17,323 nucleotides of DNA from Candidatus Micrarchaeota archaeon (GTDB lineage Archaea; Micrarchaeota; Micrarchaeia; Norongarragalinales; Norongarragalinaceae), in assembly GCA_037444485.1 (NCBI GenBank), contig JBBIMI010000018.1, positions 1 to 17,323 of the forward strand, in the 5' to 3' direction. The position numbers and the translations under genes were made by a program. Of the stretch, positions 1 to 6,075 are shown piece by piece. The notes below the pieces were generated by a model. It did not search any database. It saw nothing but the letters and a program-made list of their open reading frames with translations, and was not told the DNA's origin. Positions within the stretch are counted from its first letter, which is position 1; every line of letters begins with the position of its first letter.

Positions 1-756
1 GTGTTGAGCGTCGGCCTCGCCGCGTTTGGCGTCGAGTTCTTTAAATGTTTCCCTGATTTTTTGTTCGAGTGCTTCCGCTTTCTTGAAGCAAGCGATTCGC
101 GTTTGGTGGTGTTCGTCGCTTGCTCGCGCGCGCGCGTTGATTTCGTCGCTTTTCTTGCGGGACTCGCTGATTTTTTCGCGGAGTTTCGCGCGGAGTTCGC
201 GTAGTTCCTTCAAGAGTTTCGTTGCTTTTTCTGTTTTCGGTAGTTGAACGCGTAACTCGTTGATTTTCTTGCTTAACTCGCGTTCTTTTTTTGCTGAAAC
301 TGCTTCGGTTTGTTGCTTCCACTCTAGTTCCTCGATTTCTTCTTGCAAACGCTCTGGGTCGCCCTTGAACTCGCTTAAACCACGCAATTCGTTTTGTTTT
401 TCAACGCAAGCCTTTTTCAAAACACTTATTTCGTTTTCAAGCGCTTTTTTTTCTTCAACTAGTTTTTTCACGATTTCGTTCTCGTGGTCGCGTGCTTTCT
501 TTTCAGCGTCGGCTTTTGCCATCAGTTGCTTGAACTCGTTAATCAACGCTTTGTTGCGGGCTGCGATTACTCGAACTTGTTGGTTGGCGGCGTCGCGTAG
601 CGCGCGCAACGCGGTTAAACGCTTTGGCTCGCGTTCGCGTTCTCTCTGTTCTCGTGTCGTACGCTGCAAACGCGAGTGCTTGTTTTGGTGGAATTGCTTG
701 TTTTTCGAATCGTGTTGCGTTTGTGCTTGCGGTTTTTCTTGTTTTTCAGGATTCAC
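1..756 (-). CDS. Archaeal coiled-coil protein (COG1340-like), 3' end beyond the left edge of the window
   Basis: Not in the ORF track. Hand translation from GTG at 756 is open to position 1: MNPEKQEKPQ...LTALRALRDAANQQVR...KKARDHENEIVKKLVEEKK...LQEEIEELEWKQQTEAVSAKKERELSKKINELR...KRGEADAQH. It has heptad E/K/L/R periodicity, and the 'IEELEWKQQT...KERELxKKI' segment matches my recollection of this family. Confidence 0.8.
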   Translation of the reverse strand, partial: MNPEKQEKPQAQTQHDSKNKQFHQNKHSRLQRTTREQREREREPKRLTALRALRDAANQQVRVIAARNKALINEFKQLMAKADAEKKARDHENEIVKKLVEEKKALENEISVLKKACVEKQNELRGLSEFKGDPERLQEEIEELEWKQQTEAVSAKKERELSKKINELRVQLPKTEKATKLLKELRELRAKLREKISESRKKSDEINARARASDEHHQTRIACFKKAEALEQKIRETFKELDAKRGEADAQH

Positions 757-800
757 TTTAACTTCAACCGACAGAAACCAACAAAAACCACTAACAAGAA

Positions 801-1217
801 TCAGGTTTGGAAAACGCTTGCCTCGCGTTTTTCGCCGCCAGGATTCTCGAGCTCTATTTCGGCAATGACTTCGTCAAGCTCAGCGCGTTGTTTTTCAAGA
901 ATTTTTTGGATTCGGCGAATGCGTTTTTGATTCAACGCGATTTCCTTGTACTTTCGCGCCGCCTTGTTGAAGTGTTCGATTGAAAGCGTGAAGTATTCTT
1001 CCGCGTCCATCGACTGCGCGATGTCCGCAAGAATCGCGCCCAATAGTTCGTTCGCGGCTACTTTAACGTCGCGCTTTATTTGGTGCTCGCGCTTGAGGTT
1101 TTCTTTAATGATTTTCACGACTCTCGCGTTAGGAAACGGCAAGTGCTCGCTTTCAGCCTCAAGTTCAGCTTCTTCAACAGCTTCCGCTTCTGGACTCGCT
1201 TGTTTTTCTTCAGTCAA
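801..1217 (-). CDS. Histone-fold protein with acidic N-terminal tail and long C-terminal (coiled-coil) helix
   Basis: LPFPNARVVKIIK (histone alpha1, LPxAxVxRIxK-like), QIKRDVKVAANELLGAILADIAQSM (alpha2), TLSIEHFNKA (L2/alpha3), then the heptad helix RIRRIQKILEKQRAELDEVIAEIE. Start moved from 1319 to the TTG at 1217, which has a GAGGGGG SD-like motif upstream. Confidence 0.8.
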   Translation of the reverse strand: MTEEKQASPEAEAVEEAELEAESEHLPFPNARVVKIIKENLKREHQIKRDVKVAANELLGAILADIAQSMDAEEYFTLSIEHFNKAARKYKEIALNQKRIRRIQKILEKQRAELDEVIAEIELENPGGEKREASVFQT

Positions 1218-1230
1218 CGATGCCCCCTCA

Positions 1231-1266
1231 AACACCCTAGTTTTAGAACACCCTAGTTTTAAACAC
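1231..1266. repeat. 16-bp tandem duplication upstream of the histone gene
   Basis: AACACCCTAGTTTTAG (1231-1246), AACACCCTAGTTTTAA (1247-1262), then a partial ACAC. Confidence 0.9.
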
Positions 1267-1364
1267 TGGAATTCGCTGGTTCGAAAAAAAGAAAAAGTTT
1301 TGAACGCGATTAAACGCAATTATTTTGCAGAAACAAGTTTTTAAACCTATCAAAAAAACGTTTT

Positions 1365-1946
1365 TTAAAGCTTGTCTAAAAGCAGGAACACGCGGCGTTT
1401 TCTCGCGTTACGCGGGTTGTCTACAACCACGCGAACCGTAAAGCCAGCTTTGTTGAAAGCGCGCGCGAACGCCATCATTTCCTCTTCACTCTTCGGGTAA
1501 AACTGTGCAACAGCACTCCCACCATCTCGAAGAACGCGGTGAAACTCTCGCGCCGCGCGCGAGACGTCGCCGCCCTTCAACCACTGCAACGCCGAAATAC
1601 TGATTATCCCGTCGAAAGAAGCATTCGAGAAAGGCAACAAACGCAAGTCGCCTTCGACCGCGTCGAAACCACGCGCTCGCGCTTGCGCAACCATCGCCGG
1701 AGAAGCGTCAACGCCTTTCGTCCGCGGGTAACCGACTTCCTTCAACACTTGCATCGAAAAACCGTTTCCGCAACCAGCGTCGAGAAGCACAGCGTCAAGC
1801 GGAAACAACGAGAGTTCAAGAGCCCGCAGCGTCAACCCGCGTTGCGCGCGCCGCATCGCGCGGCTGCCGGCGTAACGCCCCGCCTCGCGCTCGTCGTAAA
1901 ACTCTCGCGCTTCACGAGAAACGTCTTCAGGCCTCTCACTCTTCAC
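1365..1946 (-). CDS. Class I SAM-dependent methyltransferase, Bud23/WBSCR22-like (putative SSU rRNA guanine-N7 methyltransferase)
   Basis: Motif I LLDAGCGNG, GVDASPAMV, LPF..ASFDGIISISALQWL, plus Bud23-type motifs RPE..., FYDEREAxRY, LTLRALEL, VAQFYPKS, AGF..VVVDNP..KRRVFLLL. The start is probably the GTG at 1946 (VKSERPE). The TTG at 2021 would add a Lys-rich extension overlapping the peptidase stop. Confidence 0.85.
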   Translation of the reverse strand: MKSERPEDVSREAREFYDEREAGRYAGSRAMRRAQRGLTLRALELSLFPLDAVLLDAGCGNGFSMQVLKEVGYPRTKGVDASPAMVAQARARGFDAVEGDLRLLPFSNASFDGIISISALQWLKGGDVSRAAREFHRVLRDGGSAVAQFYPKSEEEMMAFARAFNKAGFTVRVVVDNPRNARKRRVFLLLDKL

Positions 1947-2017
1947 TCGCCAGCCGCCCACCAGCCAACTGTCCGCAACTTTCTTTTTCTTGTTTTTCTT
2001 GTTTTTCACTCGTTTTT

Positions 2018-3058
2018 TCAAAGAACCACCATTTCCTCGAAACGCACTCCAAAACCGTTTTCGCTTTGCTTGTAAATGCCTGGCTCTACAGTGAAAACCA
2101 TTCCCTTACGCAGCATTGTTTTTTCTAGACTCAAGCTCTCGTGCACGTCTAAACCAATAAAGTGTCCGATGGACAACCCGATTTTGTTGAATGCAATCTC
2201 ACCAAAACCTTTTTCCTTCAAAACCCGGAAAGCAGCATTGCTTAAAACGCTTCCCTTAACGCCTGGCTTCGCTTTTTTAAGCGCTTCGCGTAACGCCAAC
2301 TGCACTGCGTCGACAGCGTCAGTTTGTTCGCCTCTGCCACTGCCAGCGTAGATAGTTTTTGAGAAATCTCCGCAATAGTAATTGAACCTGACGCCTACGT
2401 CGAACAACAACACTTTGTCCCGCGAAATTTTTTCTGCTGACGGAACACTGTGAGGGTTTGCAGCCCGCTCGCCGCTCAACACTATTGGCGGAAAAGCGTT
2501 CAATGCAACCCCTAAATCCCGCGCGGTTTTCTCAAGCAATCCAGCAACAGCGTTTTCTGAACGCCCGACAAGGTTTCTTTTAAGAACTTCAGCGACAGTT
2601 TTCTTCGAAAGCGCTTGAGCCTTCTTCAAGCAAGCTGCTTCGATGTGGTCTTTAATCAAACGCAACTCAAACAATTGCTTGCCGAAAGCCTTCACGCGCT
2701 TCCTTCGTTTAATCAAATCAAACGTTGCTATAGCAGCAACGTCGCTCGCAGTGTCCACGCCTACAACGTTCGCGCGCGCTTCGTCGAGCGCTTGCTTGAA
2801 CTGCCTTTTGAAGTCAACCAACTGCTCGAACTCGATTACGTCAAGCGCACGCGTTTTCGGCCGCGAAAGCGAGTGCAAGCGCGCTGAATCAGGGGTGACG
2901 AGCAATAACGCGGGAAAAGACTCTTCACCGGAATAATAATAAACGTTAGAGTTGAATCCCTCGCGAGTGCCGAGCACAAGCAAGTCGATTCCCTTGGTTT
3001 CAAGCGTTGCTTGCAAACGCTTCAAGCGCTTACAGTAATCAAACCTTAGTTTTTCCAT
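2018..3058 (-). CDS. Xaa-Pro aminopeptidase/dipeptidase, M24B family
   Basis: Creatinase-N-like N-terminus (RLKRLQATLETKGIDLLVL...NVYYYSG), LRLIKD..E linker, and metal ligands FDVG, GDFS, GHFIGLDVHE, TVEPGIY, GVRFEE. Confidence 0.93.
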   Translation of the reverse strand: MEKLRFDYCKRLKRLQATLETKGIDLLVLGTREGFNSNVYYYSGEESFPALLLVTPDSARLHSLSRPKTRALDVIEFEQLVDFKRQFKQALDEARANVVGVDTASDVAAIATFDLIKRRKRVKAFGKQLFELRLIKDHIEAACLKKAQALSKKTVAEVLKRNLVGRSENAVAGLLEKTARDLGVALNAFPPIVLSGERAANPHSVPSAEKISRDKVLLFDVGVRFNYYCGDFSKTIYAGSGRGEQTDAVDAVQLALREALKKAKPGVKGSVLSNAAFRVLKEKGFGEIAFNKIGLSIGHFIGLDVHESLSLEKTMLRKGMVFTVEPGIYKQSENGFGVRFEEMVVL

Positions 3059-3090
3059 TTTAGTAACACCGGCAGCGCTGTTGGCTTAAG

Positions 3091-3098
3091 TTTATAAA
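3091..3098. promoter_or_regulatory. TATA box (TTTATAAA) in the short divergent region between the peptidase and SSB genes
   Basis: Perfect palindromic archaeal TATA consensus, about 33 nt upstream of the peptidase ATG and upstream of the SSB gene. Confidence 0.6.
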
Positions 3099-3162
3099 CA
3101 AGTTCAATAAAAAAAGAGTGTTGCCTTATTTAAAAAAAGGCAGGAAAGGGTGGGTAGTTAAA

Positions 3163-3450
3163 GTGAAAATAAGCGAATTAACTCCAGGAACCGGAAACGT
3201 AGAACTTGAAGCTGAAGTCGTAGGCGTTGAAGAACCCCGCGAAATCAGTAAAGGCGGGCGAACGCTTAGAGTTGCTAACGCGACTTTGAAAGACGACTCC
3301 GGCACCATAACCCTGGTTCTCTGGAACGAGAACATTGACAAGATTCAGGAAGGAAGCGTGGTGCGCGTTTCCAACGGCTACGTGAACACGTGGCAGGACA
3401 AGACGCAGTTGACGCTAGGGAAATTCGGTAAACTTGAAGTACTCGAGTAA
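3163..3450 (+). CDS. ssb: Single OB-fold single-stranded DNA-binding protein (SSB/RPA-like)
   Basis: MKISELTPG..NVELEAEVV...RVANATLKDDSGTITLVLWNE...EGSVVRVSNGY..WQ..QLTLGKFG, with the DxSG and LW aromatic motifs of crenarchaeal SSB/hSSB1-like OB folds. Start set at GTG 3163 after a GGGTGGG purine-rich motif; the track gives 3118. Confidence 0.88.
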   Translation: MKISELTPGTGNVELEAEVVGVEEPREISKGGRTLRVANATLKDDSGTITLVLWNENIDKIQEGSVVRVSNGYVNTWQDKTQLTLGKFGKLEVLE

Positions 3451-3519
3451 AAAAAGTAAAAGAGTAAAAAAGCAGAAAGAAACAAAAAAAAACAATCAGA
3501 AAACTACTTTCAAGAAAAC

Positions 3520-3670
3520 TGCTTTCTTACTTTCTCTTTCCTTCCCCCTCTACTCTTACTTTCTCTTTTTTTCTTTCTTTTTTCTTTCTTCTTTCTTTTT
3601 TCACTTTTCTTCTTCGTTTTTTTCTTTCTTTTTCTCTTCCTTTTTTTCTATTTCTTTTTCTTCCTTCTTA
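3520..3670. repeat. Low-complexity polypyrimidine (+) / polypurine (-) tract covering the rps6e 3' end and the ssb/rps6e convergent gap
   Basis: Almost only C/T on the + strand (TTTC/TTTTTC units). Part encodes the KKEEKEIEKKEEKKKEKNEEEK tail. The T-runs could act as an oligo-U terminator for ssb. Confidence 0.75.
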
Positions 3671-4041
3671 GTTTTGAAGCCTAATTCTGAGAGCGTCTTG
3701 CTGCCGTATTCTTTAATTACTGCATTCAATTGAACTGTTTCAAGCGAGACAGTGTTGCCGACAACGCTTTTCTTTAACTTTTGTCCTTTGCGTAATCCCC
3801 GCACTCCAGGCGGGTTAGCAAGCACCGCAGTAACCCGTTTTTGGCCAGCAACGTCTGCACGCATTGGAACTCCATCCTTGTTGCTGCCGCCAGTTATTTG
3901 AAGCTTGAAACCATCAAGTCCAACGATTCCGCCGTCGAAAACGTCACCGATTTTCTTGCCGTAAAAAACGCTTTCCCGCTCTTTGGGAACTTCCCGTTGA
4001 AACGAAGCACCAGTTTTAACTTCATTAATTACTACACGCAT
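3601..4041 (-). CDS. rps6e: 30S ribosomal protein S6e
   Basis: GKKIGDVFDGGIVGLDGFKLQITGGSNKDGVPMRADV...G.R..KGQKLKKSVVGNTVS...QLNAVI is the S6e signature. SD GGTGA lies upstream. Confidence 0.96.
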   Translation of the reverse strand: MRVVINEVKTGASFQREVPKERESVFYGKKIGDVFDGGIVGLDGFKLQITGGSNKDGVPMRADVAGQKRVTAVLANPPGVRGLRKGQKLKKSVVGNTVSLETVQLNAVIKEYGSKTLSELGFKTKKEEKEIEKKEEKKKEKNEEEK

Positions 4042-4100
4042 TTAATCAAAATCACCTTCGCAAAACGAATAGAATACGCGAAAAGTTATGAAAAACCAAG

Positions 4101-4108
4101 TTTATAAA
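4101..4108. promoter_or_regulatory. TATA box (TTTATAAA) with purine-rich BRE-like flank, between divergent rps6e and the 4171 ORF
   Basis: GAAAAACCAAG-TTTATAAA-AA. A second TTATAAAT lies at about 4118-4125. Confidence 0.6.
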
Positions 4109-4170
4109 AACCACTCGTTATAAATGGTTATGAACGCGTAATAAACTCTGGTTGGAGGGGTGACAAAAAA

Positions 4171-4497
4171 TTGGCTGGATTAAAAAAAATTCTTTTGAGG
4201 CTGCCTATGAGAATCGAAATTCCTAAAGTAAAAAATGAAATTCCTAAAGTAAAAAATTTTTTCGTTACCGCTGAATTAGTAAAGTGAGATAAGTATAACT
4301 ATGTAGTAGTGCTACCTGAAGGCTTGAGAGGAAAAATAGAACTCAAAGTGCATACTGAAGTGCAGGGACCTGAAGATCCTGAAAAAGTAAAAAGCGACGT
4401 TTTAAAATTCTTGGAAAACAAGAAAGAGCTAATAAAAAGAAAAATTATTAATATGGCATTATATGGAAAAGAAATGGAATCCGTTAAAGTAACTTGA
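4171..4497 (+). pseudogene. Small orphan gene interrupted by one in-frame TGA (4285-4287), or a 62-aa hypothetical CDS at 4309-4497
   Basis: Strong SD GGAGGGGTGA (4154-4163) precedes TTG 4171. The frame reads MAGLKKILLRLPMRIEIPKVKNEIPKVKNFFVTAELVK*DKYNYVVVLPEGLRGKIELK...KVT*, continuous with the track ORF 4309-4497. Confidence 0.55.
4216..4257 (+). repeat. Perfect 21-bp in-frame tandem duplication (EIPKVKN x2)
   Basis: GAAATTCCTAAAGTAAAAAAT at 4216-4236 and 4237-4257. Confidence 0.95.
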
Positions 4498-5077
4498 TTT
4501 GCTTTGGTTTAATCAATCGTTTCGTTTTTCCAGTCTTTAAATAGCCAAGCAGGTTTCTCTCGATTTCCTTAAATGTTTGAGTTTTAATCATCGTCTTCGA
4601 AGCTTTTATTAAGTCTTTCGACGACTTCAATTCAAGGAAAGGCAGGTTTTTCTTTAAATTACTCAAAGCTGTATTATGTTGGTTTAACGCTGCTCTAATC
4701 AGTTTTTCAGAATACTTGACTTCAATGTTTGAACTCGGCTTTTCAACCGTCTTCAGCAGCCCTGGAAGCGCAGTTGTAAAAAAAATCGATTTCGCGGCCT
4801 TGCTTACCTTTAAGGGCTCACCTTCTGCGCCCGATTCAAGCACTACTAGAAAATGCGCTGCTGGATGAAAGACCGACAAAAGCTTACGCTTGTTCTTGAT
4901 TCCAACTCCAGTCACAACCAAATGCGATTCATTTAAAACTTTCCGCAAGCTTTTTTTGATTCCGAAAGCTTTCAAGATGTTAGTCAAAGCCTTAATTTCA
5001 GGAGCCTTAAACTCTATCTTGATGTTCTGGTCATAGTATTCGCGAAGTTCTTCAGGGATCTTCCGGCCAAAGAACAT
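4484..5077 (-). CDS. Hypothetical Lys-rich protein (197 aa)
   Basis: Long ORF with ATG start, a T-rich TATA-like element (TTTTTTAAT on the - strand) about 25 nt upstream and no SD, so probably leaderless. No family recognised. It overlaps the convergent 4309-4497 ORF by 14 bp. Confidence 0.75.
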   Translation of the reverse strand: MFFGRKIPEELREYYDQNIKIEFKAPEIKALTNILKAFGIKKSLRKVLNESHLVVTGVGIKNKRKLLSVFHPAAHFLVVLESGAEGEPLKVSKAAKSIFFTTALPGLLKTVEKPSSNIEVKYSEKLIRAALNQHNTALSNLKKNLPFLELKSSKDLIKASKTMIKTQTFKEIERNLLGYLKTGKTKRLIKPKQIKLL

Positions 5078-5347
5078 GAAAAGGTTTGCGTAAAAGAATT
5101 AAAAAACATTAACTTCAGGGAAATTGTTCGATTAACTAGCTTTTTTAGCAGTCGCTTGGTTTTCAAGTAGACCACATAGATTTGCAGCTGCGAGGCGGCA
5201 ATGCGTTTCCAATCGAGTCAAACCTTTAAAATCCGAAATTATTTAAACAATGCCGCTTTGTGTTTCAAAGAATTAGTTGATGTATGTAGAATACGATAAA
5301 AACAAGTTTTTTATTCGACACCCGCATTACTCGAAGTGATGATTCCA

Positions 5348-6040
5348 ATGAAGAAGAAACTCGCTATATCACTCGGCGGTTCTCTCCTCTACAAGAATGG
5401 TTCGATAGACGCGCACTACGTGCGCGAAATCTGCGCCTTGCTTCTCGCTGAAAGCCGCGCTTGCGCGATTGCTTTAAGCGTTGGCGGGGGTGCGCCTTCC
5501 CGCGAGTACGCGCGTGCAGTGCGCGAACTGACGGGAAACGAGTTTCTTGCCGACCGGGCAGCGATTTACGCTACTCGCGCGAACGCGACCGTGGTGCTCA
5601 GCGCACTTGGTGAACGCGCTTTTCCGAAAGTAATCACTGATTTCGATGACGCTGCAGTAGCGTTGAATGAAGGCAAGATTCCGGTGTGCGGCGGAATGAT
5701 TGAAGGGATTACTACTGACACTGTTGCGTTGTTGCTCGCGGAACGCATTGGCGCGAAGAAGCTCGTCAACTTAAGCAAAGTCGACGCGATTTATTCAGGT
5801 GACCCGCGCGTCGATGCGCGCGCGAAGAAACTCTCGCTTCTCTCGCACAAGCAGCTTATCGAGCTCGCGGCGCGGTTTGATGAACGCCGCGCGACAACTA
5901 ACTTCGTGTTCGACTTGATGGCTTGCAAGCTCGCGGCTAGGTCGAACATAGAACTGCATTTCGTGGACGGGCGTGACTTGAAGCAAGTGAAGAACGCGGT
6001 TGAGGGAGTAAAGCATTCCGGCACGGTCGTAAAAAACTGA
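5348..6040 (+). CDS. pyrH: Uridylate (UMP) kinase, archaeal type
   Basis: ISLGGSLL, VGGGAPSREY, DRAAIYATRANA, GGMIEGITTDTVALLLAE, NLSKVDAIYSGDPR...AKK, VFDLMACKLAARS, GTVV. Start ATG 5348; alternatives are 5336 and 5339. Confidence 0.95.
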   Translation: MKKKLAISLGGSLLYKNGSIDAHYVREICALLLAESRACAIALSVGGGAPSREYARAVRELTGNEFLADRAAIYATRANATVVLSALGERAFPKVITDFDDAAVALNEGKIPVCGGMIEGITTDTVALLLAERIGAKKLVNLSKVDAIYSGDPRVDARAKKLSLLSHKQLIELAARFDERRATTNFVFDLMACKLAARSNIELHFVDGRDLKQVKNAVEGVKHSGTVVKN

Positions 6041-6075
6041 TTCAGTGTTTTACCATGAATTAAATTTTTTTTGGT

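Noticed and set aside
1..930. Track ORFs 1-204, 26-247, 260-868, 676-930 (+) and 41-322 (-)
   Set aside because: They are antisense or off-frame shadows of the real minus-strand coiled-coil gene (756 to <1) and the histone gene. The F/S/L-rich translations are typical of reverse-complemented E/K-rich coding sequence.
1218..1319. N-terminal extensions given by the ORF track for the histone (also ssb, ppsA, deoA and the surface protein)
   Set aside because: The extensions run through promoter-like or repeat sequence. Downstream starts have SD motifs or TATA spacing and match where family homology begins.
3434..3733. 99-aa Phe/Ser-rich ORF resembling a membrane protein
   Set aside because: It is a translation of the polypyrimidine tract antisense to the rps6e tail, a low-complexity artefact.
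4285..4287. Genome-wide TGA reassignment or selenocysteine
   Set aside because: TGA ends many conserved genes here at their expected C-termini (peptidase, pyrH, ppsA, deoA). The context is not a redox motif and no SECIS-like hairpin was recognised.
5100..5335. Possible ncRNA or small ORF in the 197-aa gene / pyrH gap, including the inverted repeat GCGGCAATG (5195-5203) / CAATGCCGC (5248-5256) and a 29-codon minus-strand ORF
   Set aside because: The stem is short and imperfect with a long AT-rich loop. There are no tRNA, SRP, RNase P or C/D-box hallmarks, and the ORF has no support. A covariance-model search would be needed.
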